Part shown: one piece after another, positions 28,456-38,197 of the stretch | Layout of the letters: each line of letters begins with the position of its first letter | Position numbering within the stretch: position 1 is the stretch's first letter | NCBI GenBank assembly: GCA_041690135.1 | Contig: JAWLHY010000015.1 | Coordinates: 1 to 64,000 of the forward strand | Length of the DNA: 64,000 nucleotides | Source: Armatimonadota bacterium | GTDB taxonomy: Bacteria; Armatimonadota; SYMT01 | Reading direction: 5' to 3' | Program-made: the position numbers and the translations under genes | The notes under the pieces: generated by a model | The model's input: the letters and a program-made list of their open reading frames with translations, nothing else | Told to the model about the DNA's origin: nothing | The model's database searches: none

Positions 28456-28518
28456 CTTTCTCCCGGCCGGAGTGTCGACGGGGTGGGCTGCCAGGTACTA
28501 CAGCCACGCATAACAAGT

Positions 28519-28619
28519 AGGCGACTGAAGTCGCAGGTTGAAAAGGCACGAATGCCCGCACCCAAAGGGTACCCGGGTCCCGCCTGCGCCGGCGGAAATC
28601 GCTGCCCCATCAGTCGCCT
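28519..28619. repeat. REP-like element, copy 2, with inverted ends
   Basis: Palindrome GCGACTGAAGTCGC; AGGCGACTG at the left end pairs with CAGTCGCCT at the right end. Confidence 0.72.
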
Positions 28620-28796
28620 GTGAGTAATTAGCCGTGGCAGTAGTACTTTAGGCGGCCCGCCGCCGGCATTTACCCGCAACTCGACCCACCCGCGCTTCCG
28701 TGTGGAAGCGCGGAACCGCCGCCCATTTGTGCTCGGCTCAAAAGTCCTCGGATCCCCGGACCGGGTACGCGGCCCTCAAGGCACCCTAGGGGGGTC

Positions 28797-29360
28797 ATGA
28801 ACCTCTTCAACCGCCTCATCGTTACCCTTCTCGCCGGCATCCTCACCGCGGCAGGCGCCTTCGTGTTCGGAGCGGCCTACGGCTGGCCGGACGCGCGCGC
28901 CCTCCAGGGCCTTCCGGCACTTCTCGCGCTGCGGGCCGAGCTGATGGAACTGCCGGCATTATGGACAGCGAGTGGCGGCCTCGCCGGGGCTTTCCTGGGC
29001 CTGGCCGGCCTGTACGCGGAGCTCCGCGTACCGGACCAGAAGCCCGGCATGGTCATCCAGCGGGATAAGCTGGGAACTCTCACCGTATCGCTGGCCGGGC
29101 TGCGGCGACTGGCCGAGCACGTGGTTTCGGACATCCCGGGAGTGGAGACGGTCCGGGCCGACGCACGAGCTACCCGCGACGGAGTAGCCTATCACTGCCG
29201 CGTGGTGCTGACTCCGGACAGCAGCGCTCCCGACGTGTCCGAGGAAATCCGAGCCCGGCTGGGGGCGGCGGTGAGCCACCATCTGGGCCGGCGAGCCGCT
29301 CGGATCGACGTCTATACGCAGGTGGGCCAGCCCCAGAACACACGAAAGCGGGTTCGCTGA
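28797..29360 (+). CDS. amaP: alkaline shock response membrane anchor AmaP-like
   Basis: MNLFNRL start, two TM helices, Asp23-like C-terminal domain; context between asp23 and DUF2273. Confidence 0.78.
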   Translation: MNLFNRLIVTLLAGILTAAGAFVFGAAYGWPDARALQGLPALLALRAELMELPALWTASGGLAGAFLGLAGLYAELRVPDQKPGMVIQRDKLGTLTVSLAGLRRLAEHVVSDIPGVETVRADARATRDGVAYHCRVVLTPDSSAPDVSEEIRARLGAAVSHHLGRRAARIDVYTQVGQPQNTRKRVR

Positions 29361-29554
29361 TGCAGTTCCGGTTCAAACACGTCGGAGCCCTGGCCGGCCT
29401 TCTTTTCGGATGGCTCATCATCCAATACAACTTCTTCCAGGCCGTTTTCGTGTTCGTGGTCGCCGGCATCGGCTGGGCAGCGGGGAAAGTTTTCGACGGG
29501 GAGACCGATATCACCCGTTACATCCGGCGCCCCGAAGAGGAAGAATTGGAGTAG
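29360..29554 (+). CDS. small integral membrane protein (DUF2273-like)
   Basis: 64 aa, two TM helices, IG...GK..DG; start overlaps amaP stop. Confidence 0.8.
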   Translation: MQFRFKHVGALAGLLFGWLIIQYNFFQAVFVFVVAGIGWAAGKVFDGETDITRYIRRPEEEELE

Positions 29555-29596
29555 CAATCAGCAGGAGAGGGTGTACGTCCGGGGTTGGGGTCAAGC

Positions 29597-31954
29597 ATGG
29601 CAGTAGACGAGAAGCGGGAACCGGCGGCCGGACAGGCAGCGGCGGAGCCGGAACCCAGTCCCATACAGCTCCCTGAAAGCGCCCGATCCCAGATACAACC
29701 GTTCCTGGAAACCGACGAAGAGATCCGCCTTGCCGTCGAAGCCGACATGGTGCTGCCGGCCTCCTTCGGGACCTCATGGTTGGTGGCGACCCAACGGCGG
29801 ATCTGCGTCTTTGTGGCCGGCGGCAAGGCGCCGGTGCTCAAGGTCGATCTGCCGCTCTCCTGCACCGTCTCCCTCCGCAGCCGCGACGGGCTCGGCAGTA
29901 GCCTGCTGGAGGCGCACACCCTGGAGGGCGCGGTCCCGTTGCTCCGCTACACCGAGGCCCGCGCGGACGCGGTCGGCGCGGCGGTGGAGCACCTGCGGGA
30001 GTTGCTTCCGGACCGGCCCGCGGAGGAGGAAGAGGAAGCCTACGGGGGCGAGGCCGCGGAGCGAGAACTGCGCAAGAAGGCGAAACCGTGCCCCCAGTGC
30101 GGCAACCCCATGCCGCGCTGGATGAGCCTGTGCCCGGACTGCCTGGACAAGCGCCAGTTGATCGTCCGACTGCTCCAGCGCGCGCAGCGGTACTGGAAGC
30201 CGATCACGTTCACCTTCCTGCTCACGGGGTTCCTGCGGTTCTGCGCCATCTACCCGGCCGAATTGCAGCGGCGACTGGTCGACGACGCCCTGAACCTGAA
30301 CCTCCAGGAGCGTACCCCCGCGCTGCTGGACGTGAAGATGGACCTGCTGTGGCAGATCATCGGTATTCTGGCCCTGGTGCGAATCGCCGCGACGGTGGCG
30401 GGGGCCGTCCAGCAGTTCATGATGACCTGGCTGGGCGAGAAGGTGACCAACGATCTCCGGATCGACATCTACACCCACCTGCAGAAGCTCGGCGTTAGCT
30501 ACTACGATCAGAAGGAGACGGGGTGGATCATGGACCGGGTCACCGGCGACACCACCACGCTCCAGAGCTTCATGACGGAGACCCTTCAACGCACGGTCCT
30601 CAACGCCGTTACCCTGCTGGTGATCGCCGCGATGATGTTCAGCCAGCACGCGGTGCTCGCGATGCTGGCCCTGATCCCCGCGCCGGTCGTCTGCTTTATG
30701 AGCTCCCGCTTCCTGAAGCGCACCCACAAGATCTGGCACTGGGCATGGCGGCGGCGGTCACGCATGTTCGCGCTGCTCTCCAACGTGCTGCCCGGGGTGC
30801 GGGTGGTAAAGGCGTTCGTGCAGGAAGACCGGGAGTTCGAGCGGTTCCAGCACACCAGCCAGGAATATATGAACGCGCGGGTCGATGCGGCCCGCGTCTT
30901 TGCCGGCTTCAGCCGGGCGACCAACTTCGTCATGTCGCTCTCCACTCTCACCATCTGGGGGTACGGCGGCTATCTGGTGCTGCAGAACCCTACGGGGCAG
31001 CCGCAGGATGGGGTAACGGTGGGCGTGCTGGTGATGTTCATGACGCTGGTGGCCCAGTTCTACGCTCCGCTGCAAGAGCTGACGAACATGAGCCAGCAGC
31101 TTCAGCAGGCGGCCACTTCCGGGCAGCGGGTGTTCGAGGTGTTGGACACCTTACCGGACATGGAGGACGATGCGGACGCCGTCGAGCTGAAGGAGATCGC
31201 GGGCAAGGTCGAATTCCGGAACGTGACCTTCGGTTACGACGAGCGGCGCCCGGTGCTCCGGAACGTGAGCTTCACCATCCAGCCGGGAGAGATGATCGGC
31301 CTGGTGGGTCCTTCCGGAGCCGGGAAGAGCACCACGATCAACCTGATCTGCCGCTACTACGATGCCACCGGCGGGCAGGTGTTGATCGACGATCACGACG
31401 TCCGCCAGGTGAAGATCCGGTCGCTGCGCAGCCAGATCGGAATCGTTCTCCAGGAGCCGTTCCTGTTCCACGGCACCATCGCGGAGAACATCGCCTACGG
31501 CTGTCCGGACGCGGGAATGGCCGAGATCCTCGCCGCCGCCAAGGCCGCCAACGCCCACGACTTCATCCTCCGCTTCCCGGACGGGTACGACACGATGGTC
31601 GGCGAGCGTGGGGCGCGTCTCTCCGGCGGGGAACGGCAGCGCATCTCCATCGCGCGGGCCATCCTGAAGAACCCCCGCATCCTGATCCTGGACGAGGCGA
31701 CCTCGAGCGTCGACACGGAGACGGAAGCCCTGATCCAGGAGGCGATCGATCGTCTGGTCCACGGACGGACCACGTTCGCCATCGCCCACCGGCTCAGCAC
31801 GCTGCAGCACGCCAACCGCCTGCTGGTGCTCGAAAAGGGCCGGCTGGCCGAGACCGGCACTCACCAGGAGCTGCTCGCCAATGAAGGCGGCACTTACCGC
31901 CGCCTGGTGGACGTCCACCGGCAACTGGCGGAGATGGTGGGAGTAGGAGGTTAG
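29597..31954 (+). CDS. ABC transporter permease/ATPase with N-terminal extension
   Basis: TMD + GPSGAGKST, LSGGERQR, ILDEATS; N-terminal soluble domain and CPQC...CPDC. Confidence 0.95.
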   Translation: MAVDEKREPAAGQAAAEPEPSPIQLPESARSQIQPFLETDEEIRLAVEADMVLPASFGTSWLVATQRRICVFVAGGKAPVLKVDLPLSCTVSLRSRDGLGSSLLEAHTLEGAVPLLRYTEARADAVGAAVEHLRELLPDRPAEEEEEAYGGEAAERELRKKAKPCPQCGNPMPRWMSLCPDCLDKRQLIVRLLQRAQRYWKPITFTFLLTGFLRFCAIYPAELQRRLVDDALNLNLQERTPALLDVKMDLLWQIIGILALVRIAATVAGAVQQFMMTWLGEKVTNDLRIDIYTHLQKLGVSYYDQKETGWIMDRVTGDTTTLQSFMTETLQRTVLNAVTLLVIAAMMFSQHAVLAMLALIPAPVVCFMSSRFLKRTHKIWHWAWRRRSRMFALLSNVLPGVRVVKAFVQEDREFERFQHTSQEYMNARVDAARVFAGFSRATNFVMSLSTLTIWGYGGYLVLQNPTGQPQDGVTVGVLVMFMTLVAQFYAPLQELTNMSQQLQQAATSGQRVFEVLDTLPDMEDDADAVELKEIAGKVEFRNVTFGYDERRPVLRNVSFTIQPGEMIGLVGPSGAGKSTTINLICRYYDATGGQVLIDDHDVRQVKIRSLRSQIGIVLQEPFLFHGTIAENIAYGCPDAGMAEILAAAKAANAHDFILRFPDGYDTMVGERGARLSGGERQRISIARAILKNPRILILDEATSSVDTETEALIQEAIDRLVHGRTTFAIAHRLSTLQHANRLLVLEKGRLAETGTHQELLANEGGTYRRLVDVHRQLAEMVGVGG

Positions 31955-31956
31955 TC

Positions 31957-32478
31957 ATGGCCACCGATGCTCCTCAGGGTACCCGCCGTAACAGCGAGCT
32001 CCGGATGCTGGACCCGCGGCAAATCCGGCTCCACCGGGACCCGTTCGCACAACTCCACCTGGAGATCGGAAGTGAAGAGCGCTACGGACCCGTGCGCGCG
32101 GTCCGCTGCCTGCCGCTCACTCGCCCTTACGAGTTCATCTCCCTCCAGGACGAGGAAGGACGGGAAATCGGCGTCATCGCCGACCTGGCGGAACTGTCCA
32201 CCGGCAGCCGGGAGGCCGTGGAAGAGGATCTGGAGTTCTATTACCTGAACCCCCGCGTGCTGCGCATCCACAAGGTGGAAGCCAAGAACGGCATTATCAC
32301 CTGGGACCTGGAAACCGACCGGGGACGGAAAAAGGTCCACGTCCGCGACCGCCAGAATATTCGCCCGCTGCCGGACGGTCGCACCATCCTCACCGATATC
32401 CACAACGCCAAGTACGAGGTTCCGCGCGGGGAAGAGCTGGACCCCCGCAGCCGCCAATGGCTGGAGATCGAGCTCTAA
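31957..32478 (+). CDS. DUF1854 family protein
   Basis: VRAVRCLPLT.P..FISL....EIG, YYL.P.V.RI, W..ETDRG, I.D....Y. Confidence 0.85.
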   Translation: MATDAPQGTRRNSELRMLDPRQIRLHRDPFAQLHLEIGSEERYGPVRAVRCLPLTRPYEFISLQDEEGREIGVIADLAELSTGSREAVEEDLEFYYLNPRVLRIHKVEAKNGIITWDLETDRGRKKVHVRDRQNIRPLPDGRTILTDIHNAKYEVPRGEELDPRSRQWLEIEL

Positions 32479-32639
32479 CTCTGAACCTGACTTGACAGTC
32501 CCCTTGGAAGTGCGGTATCCGTCACTTACGCTAACAAACCGCCGCATCCGGCCATCCCGGGGTGCACCGCATCCTGAGAGCTGCCCGTCAGGACTATCCA
32601 CTCGGCGTCGATCGTCTATTGAGCCACGAGGAGGTTCGT

Positions 32640-33449
32640 ATGAGACGTTCAAAATTAGGATTTACCCTGATTGAGCTGCTAGTTGTAATCGCTATTATAG
32701 CGATATTAGCAGCGATCCTCTTTCCCGTCTTCGCCCAGGCGCGCGAGAAAGCGCGGCAGGCGCAGTGCCAGAGCAATCTCAAGCAGATCGGTACCGCCGT
32801 CCGGATGTACGTGGACGATTACGACGGAGTGTACATCCCCACCTATTCGTACCCGGCGGGCTGGGGCGCCTGCCCCCACTTCGCATGGTTTGACATCGTG
32901 CAGCCCTACGTGAAGAACATCGGCGTGCTCGATTGTCCCAGTTCGCCCCGGGACAATCGCGGGTTGTTCTGCAACGATGGTCGCTATAGCTGCCTTGGCG
33001 CCAACTATCCCGGCACTTCCGCCAACCCCATCCGGCTTGGCTACATGTACAACGAAGGCCACATGTCGATGTCTTACATGGGCCGACCTTCCGCACTCGG
33101 CTGCGACGGCTACCACGGCATGGCTACCAACGACTGTAACGGCTTCATGGAGCAGGGGGCACACGACGCCGAGATCGAAGACCCCGCCGGAACCATTGCC
33201 GCCGCCGATGGGCAGGGAAGCGCCGGTTCGGGTGTGTGCCGGCATAGCGGCGCGGTCTACCGAATCGCCCAGGGGGGAGGTGAGCCTCGCGATCAGGACT
33301 ATGCACCCAACCCCCGCGTGATGCGACGGCATAACGAAACGTTCAATGCCCTCTTCGCGGACGGGCACGTGAAAGCGCTGCGGCGCAGCACCTTCGGGAT
33401 GTGGACCCGCTACGCCGACGGTCCCAACCTGGGCGCGGGCGGACAGTAG
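32640..33449 (+). CDS. prepilin-type N-terminal/DUF1559/H-X9-DG protein
   Basis: [38 protein letters not shown]...FN..FADGHVK; GAGGAGG RBS. Confidence 0.93.
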   Translation: MRRSKLGFTLIELLVVIAIIAILAAILFPVFAQAREKARQAQCQSNLKQIGTAVRMYVDDYDGVYIPTYSYPAGWGACPHFAWFDIVQPYVKNIGVLDCPSSPRDNRGLFCNDGRYSCLGANYPGTSANPIRLGYMYNEGHMSMSYMGRPSALGCDGYHGMATNDCNGFMEQGAHDAEIEDPAGTIAAADGQGSAGSGVCRHSGAVYRIAQGGGEPRDQDYAPNPRVMRRHNETFNALFADGHVKALRRSTFGMWTRYADGPNLGAGGQ

Positions 33450-33461
33450 GAGGGAAGCTGA

Positions 33462-33998
33462 ATGGCCACGATCGTCAAGTTGGGTGAACCGAAGCCACCC
33501 CCCAAAGACAAAGATGAGAAGACCCCTTCGGGTGGGGCGGGCCAGGTCGAGATCGACAGCGGCCTGCTGATCAAAGCCGGCGCAGGGGTGGGTGTGCTCG
33601 CGGTGATTGCCCTGGTCTGGTTCTTTCTGTTCCGGGGACCGGGAGAGGAGGGCAGCTTCACCGGCACCGGTCTTCCCGGAGGCGGGACTCTAGCAGCACC
33701 CATGCCGGGTACCGGTGCAGCCCCGATTGCCGGAGCTGCACCGGTCGCTACGCCGGGAGCGGTCGCCCCCGGTCCTCCCCGAGTCGCGCCGCCGGCTGGC
33801 GCCGCCGCGGCAGTCCCTCCCGGTGGCGCCATGCCTCCCGGCATGGTGCTGGCGCCGGGCAGTCGCGGGATGTCCGGGGTTACCACGATGCACGGCAATC
33901 CCGCGGCACCCTCCGGGTACGGGGGCGGCGGGCAGGTCTCCGGGAAGACCGGGCAGCCGGGGCCTAACGAAGATCCCTACGCGCGGGAGAATCGCTGA
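33462..33998 (+). CDS. Pro/Gly/Ala-rich single-pass membrane protein
   Basis: RBS GGAGGG, one TM helix, low-complexity tail; 12 bp after the DUF1559 gene. Confidence 0.7.
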   Translation: MATIVKLGEPKPPPKDKDEKTPSGGAGQVEIDSGLLIKAGAGVGVLAVIALVWFFLFRGPGEEGSFTGTGLPGGGTLAAPMPGTGAAPIAGAAPVATPGAVAPGPPRVAPPAGAAAAVPPGGAMPPGMVLAPGSRGMSGVTTMHGNPAAPSGYGGGGQVSGKTGQPGPNEDPYARENR

Positions 33999-34185
33999 GC
34001 CGGGCGCTGGGGAGCCCGGAACTGGGGAGCCGGAAGCGCGGATCGCTTTCTGCTCCCCAGCTCCCGAGATGTTCTTCTCCTGTCCCCTCTCCGGAGATGT
34101 TCCCGTCCTGGTGAAGGGTCTATCGGTCGGCTGCCGAACCTATGAGGGTAGAACGCAGTATCCCACAGTGAGGAGCCACAACCCG

Positions 34186-35172
34186 GTGATCGACCTGACG
34201 ACCCTGCCCATGCGGATCGCGCTGGGACAGTTCAACGAGCTGACGGACGAACAACTGCAGTTTGTGAAGCAGTGCGGCTGCGATGATGTTCTGCTGAACA
34301 CGCCGAAGCTCCCCGGGGACGAGCGCTGGGAGTACGAGGATCTGCTCGCCTGGAGGCAACGCGCGGAGGAAGCGGGGCTCCGGCTCATCGCACTCGAGAA
34401 CGTGCCGGTTCGGTTCTACGACCGGATCATGCTGGGGCTTCCGGGCCGGGAGCGGCAACTGGAGAATATGCAGGCGACGGTCCGCAACATGGGACGGGCG
34501 GGCATCCCCATTCTGGGCTATCACTTCATGCCGAACGGGGTGTGGCGAACCTCCTGGGACACCCCCGTCCGTGGCGGGGCGGCCGCCACCGCCTTCGACC
34601 TTTCGCAGGCGGATGCCGCCCGGCTCACCCACGACCGCGTCTACTCGGAAGAGGAGCTGTGGGAGAACTACGACTGGTATCTAAGCCGGATACTGCCGGT
34701 GTGCGAGGAGGCCGGCGTGCGGATGGCGCTCCATCCGGACGACCCGCCCGTGGAGAGCCTCGGAGGCATCCCACGGCTCTTCCGCAACTTCGAGAACTTC
34801 CGGCGCGCCATGGAAACCCACCACAGCCCCATGCATGGCCTCGACTACTGCCATGGCTGCTGGTCGGAAATGCGCGGGGGCGAAGGGGTCCTCGAGTCGA
34901 TCCGGTGGTTTGCGGAACGAGGCAAGATCTTCTACATGCACCTGCGCGACGTGCAGGGGACAGCCGGGTGTTTCACCGAGGTCTTCCTGGGCGACGGTAA
35001 CTCCGACCCGGTGGCGGTGGTCAAAACCCTGAAGGAGTGCGGCTTCCGCGGCTTCATCATCGACGACCACGTGCCGCGGATGGTGAACGATACCCCCTGG
35101 TGCCACCGGGGGCGGGCCTGGAGCACCGGGTATCTCCAGGCCCTGGTCCAGGCCGTCAACGCTCTGGCCTAG
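34186..35172 (+). CDS. uxuA: mannonate dehydratase
   Basis: GYHFMP, LWENY..L..ILPV.EEAGVRMALHPDDPP, H.RDV, DHVP; start GTG 34186 (RBS GAGGAG) or ATG 34210. Confidence 0.88.
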   Translation: MIDLTTLPMRIALGQFNELTDEQLQFVKQCGCDDVLLNTPKLPGDERWEYEDLLAWRQRAEEAGLRLIALENVPVRFYDRIMLGLPGRERQLENMQATVRNMGRAGIPILGYHFMPNGVWRTSWDTPVRGGAAATAFDLSQADAARLTHDRVYSEEELWENYDWYLSRILPVCEEAGVRMALHPDDPPVESLGGIPRLFRNFENFRRAMETHHSPMHGLDYCHGCWSEMRGGEGVLESIRWFAERGKIFYMHLRDVQGTAGCFTEVFLGDGNSDPVAVVKTLKECGFRGFIIDDHVPRMVNDTPWCHRGRAWSTGYLQALVQAVNALA

Positions 35173-35178
35173 TGGCTT

Positions 35179-35799
35179 CTAGGGTACGGCCGGTGGCTGC
35201 CGCTGCTTCTCCGCACCCGAACAGCTCGGCAGAACCGGCCCCCCAGTTTGCGACGGGATCTGCTTCTGCTCGGGAAGCGCCCTCACCGCTGGGGCCGGCC
35301 CCTGAACGCCTCCCAGGGGCATACTTCCGCCGATGGGCGTACCATGCGGGGCAGGACACAGGATCGCCGGCGGGCACGGAGCCGGAGGAGTGGACCTCAT
35401 CCCCAGCACGGAGGCCAGGGCCGGCCCCCAGGCGGCGGCCAGGGCCGTGACTCCAACAACCAGTAATGCCACCGCGAGAGCCAGGGGGGCCAGGCGACGC
35501 GGGACGGGTCTACCGTGGTACAGCCGGGCGGGGTTGGTGCCTTCCACAATGCCGTGCGGCTGTCTCTCACAGCGGATGCGAGCACTGATGACCTGGAGTC
35601 TGCGCTCTCCTTCCGGATCGAGCACGGAGTCGGGGGCAAGCGCTCGCCGCAATTGGTCCTTCTCCACAACCCAACTCGCCCACCGCGCCCGGCAGCAGTC
35701 GCACCCGGCGAGATGGGACTGCACCAGTATCCTCGCCGGACCGGCCAGCTCGTTGTGAGCGTGCAGGAACAGGGCTCTCTCAAACAAGTGGCAGGTCAT
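35179..35799 (-). CDS. zinc-binding anti-sigma factor (zf-HC2)
   Basis: HLAGCDCC (HxxxCxxC), one TM helix; overlaps sigma gene by ATGA. Confidence 0.82.
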   Translation of the reverse strand: MTCHLFERALFLHAHNELAGPARILVQSHLAGCDCCRARWASWVVEKDQLRRALAPDSVLDPEGERRLQVISARIRCERQPHGIVEGTNPARLYHGRPVPRRLAPLALAVALLVVGVTALAAAWGPALASVLGMRSTPPAPCPPAILCPAPHGTPIGGSMPLGGVQGPAPAVRALPEQKQIPSQTGGPVLPSCSGAEKQRQPPAVP

Positions 35800-36422
35800 C
35801 GCCGCTCCTCAGAAAACTTCGCCGGCATGGTTTCGCTCGCCTGGTTCTCCATGCTCCGGCGCAAACGCCGGTGCGCCTGGTAGAACCGGTACTTCAACGT
35901 GGAAAGGTTGGTGCCCAGCAGTTCCGAAATCTCCGGCAGGTTCAGATCCGTATAATAGTAGAGTTCAAGGACCTGGCGCTCCGGTGCCGGTAGTGCGGCC
36001 AGGCGTTGACGGATCACTGCTCGTTCGATCAGACTTGCTGGCCAGTCATCGCCTGCCCCTGGTTCATCCGATTCCGTCCATTCCTGGAACGGATCGTGCG
36101 CATCGCCCAGCAAGCGCCGAAGGCGCTGGTGCCTCCGGGCCGCCTCCGCGCACCGATTGAGGGCAATGCCGAAGAGCCAGGTCCGAAACCGGGACCGACC
36201 TTTGAAATTGGGGAGTTCGCGCCAGGCAGTGACAAAGATCTCCTGTGCCACATCCTCGCACTCGATCGCCGCGTCCAACCGTGCCCGGACGAACTGCGTG
36301 AGGCGCGCCTGATAACGATAGACCAGCGCATCGAAGGCGCGAGCATCTCCGGCCCGCGCAGCCGCTACCAAGGGGGCGTCGGGGTCCGGATTACCGAAAA
36401 GTGAGAAAAGGAAAGTCCGCAT
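35796..36422 (-). CDS. ECF RNA polymerase sigma factor
   Basis: GD..AF..LV.RY, EDVAQE.F, F.GRS.FRTWL..IA.N, region 4 EISELLG...STLK.R. Confidence 0.94.
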   Translation of the reverse strand: MRTFLFSLFGNPDPDAPLVAAARAGDARAFDALVYRYQARLTQFVRARLDAAIECEDVAQEIFVTAWRELPNFKGRSRFRTWLFGIALNRCAEAARRHQRLRRLLGDAHDPFQEWTESDEPGAGDDWPASLIERAVIRQRLAALPAPERQVLELYYYTDLNLPEISELLGTNLSTLKYRFYQAHRRLRRSMENQASETMPAKFSEERR

Positions 36423-36588
36423 CCTGGTCCGCGCAGGGAGTTAGCGAGCCCTTCTGCGCCCTCCTACTCTTAGTTGCCTTCGGAAGCACCGAAAGTTGGT
36501 CCGAAAACTCCCGAAACTGTCGACCGCGAGCGACCCCAGGGGCGACAAACACCCCGCCCGACAATCAAGCACCTGAACCCGGAGTGCC

Positions 36589-38064
36589 ATGCACGAACCG
36601 CCGCAGAACCCCGATCCTCTCGCCCAATTGATCCCGCCGTCCCGTCCGCCCCGGATGGGGAGCGCCGTGCGGGATCCGCTGGACGACCTGCTCCCGCCGT
36701 CTCGCCCCCCGCGGGCGCCGAAACGCGGCGGGTCCAACAAACATGAGCGGCCTGTGCTGCAGGTCGTCCTGCCACTGCTGGCCCTGGCGGGGATCTGCGC
36801 GCTCGGGATCCGTCCGCCCGATCGTCCGGCATCCGCACGCGTGATTCCGCTCGCGGACGGCGGCAGCATCGCTCTGGAGGCCATAACGTATGGGCGGAAC
36901 CACCAGTTCGTCCGTGGGAACTGGGTTCAGAAACTCCTGGTCAGTGTGCTTCCGGACCAGACGCATCGTTGGATCGGCGGTGCCATTTCCACCTTCAGTG
37001 CCGACAACGACGGCGCGCTGGTTTTCTGGACGGTCCGCAGCCTGGGGAACCGACCGCTGGCCTCAAAGCTGCGCGTGGCGGGCGTTGACGAATCCGAGAA
37101 TGAAGTCTTTATCGGTCGCCGCTGCTACCAGTCCCGGCTGAACTCGCAGAACCTGATCGAAGGATGGCTCCTCCCCGCGCTGCCTCGCCGGGGGAAGAAA
37201 GTGGAGTTACGGGTCTATGAATCCCGGGGGAAGGGCAACTGGGCCCGGGTCTTCGAATTGGAGGCTCCCAACCCGACTCCCGGCCCCCACCCGAAGTGGG
37301 AGGTCAACCCGCTGCCTCAGACCGAGCAGGACGGTGAACACAGTTTCACCCTCACGCGCCTCGTTACCGGAGTGGCCGCGGACAATCCCCGCCGCCGCGC
37401 TCCCGCCGGAACTCCCGCGTACACGGTAGCCCATTTTCGGGACCAGGCGGTCGAGCCTGACGAGGCGGAGGACAAAGCGGAGATCGCTCCCGCCTCCTGG
37501 TATCCGGAACGGGCTACCATTCTGGACGCCACCGGTAACGTGCTCCGCCTGGAAGCGAAAACTCAGCGAGAAGGGGATGGCTTCCGCCTCCTGATACCCG
37601 GTAGGCTCTGGCCTTCCGAACCGGTATGGAGGCTCCGGGTCAACTTCTCGCGCACGGCCGGTTTCGCTGCCGAAGAAAAGTTTACTTTCCAAACTGTACC
37701 GCTTCCGGGTCGGCGGTCAACGACTCTTTCGCAGGAGTCCGCCACGCTCACGGGCACTACGGTGGTTTTCGACGGGATTGCCGGTCCCGAGGCGCACCTG
37801 CGCGGTGCACCGGCGATCCCCCACAAAACCCCCCTGATCTACCTGCGCATTCGCCCTTACCTGGACGACATCCGGGTAACGGTGGTGGATGCCCGAGACG
37901 AGCACGGTCGCTCACTCCCCGTGGCGGCCATTCCGGTTTACCGGAAGAGGGGCGCCTTCGCCTTTCCCATCGAGTCCACAGGCAACGCGCGCCGGATCGA
38001 CCTGACGGTGGCCGTACACCACTCCCGGGTGGTGGAATTCACCGCGAAGCCGAGCCGGCCCTGA
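36589..38064 (+). CDS. hypothetical membrane-anchored beta-rich protein
   Basis: 491-aa ORF, one TM helix near the N-terminus; divergent from the ECF sigma. Confidence 0.75.
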   Translation: MHEPPQNPDPLAQLIPPSRPPRMGSAVRDPLDDLLPPSRPPRAPKRGGSNKHERPVLQVVLPLLALAGICALGIRPPDRPASARVIPLADGGSIALEAITYGRNHQFVRGNWVQKLLVSVLPDQTHRWIGGAISTFSADNDGALVFWTVRSLGNRPLASKLRVAGVDESENEVFIGRRCYQSRLNSQNLIEGWLLPALPRRGKKVELRVYESRGKGNWARVFELEAPNPTPGPHPKWEVNPLPQTEQDGEHSFTLTRLVTGVAADNPRRRAPAGTPAYTVAHFRDQAVEPDEAEDKAEIAPASWYPERATILDATGNVLRLEAKTQREGDGFRLLIPGRLWPSEPVWRLRVNFSRTAGFAAEEKFTFQTVPLPGRRSTTLSQESATLTGTTVVFDGIAGPEAHLRGAPAIPHKTPLIYLRIRPYLDDIRVTVVDARDEHGRSLPVAAIPVYRKRGAFAFPIESTGNARRIDLTVAVHHSRVVEFTAKPSRP

Positions 38065-38197
38065 GCTTTGCCGATTACGACCAGGATTACGATTAGGATT
38101 GAGGCGAAGGTAGTTAGGAGCGGGAGTAGAACTAACCCCTGAGTGGCTTTCGGGGCTCCGGAGCCGGACCCCACGCATTCGTTGGGAGGGAGCGGAA

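Noticed and set aside
32558-32610. TPP riboswitch-like GGGGTGC...CTGAGA
   Set aside because: Lacks the ACCTGA...TAAT..CAGCG.AGG half and the downstream gene is unrelated to thiamine.
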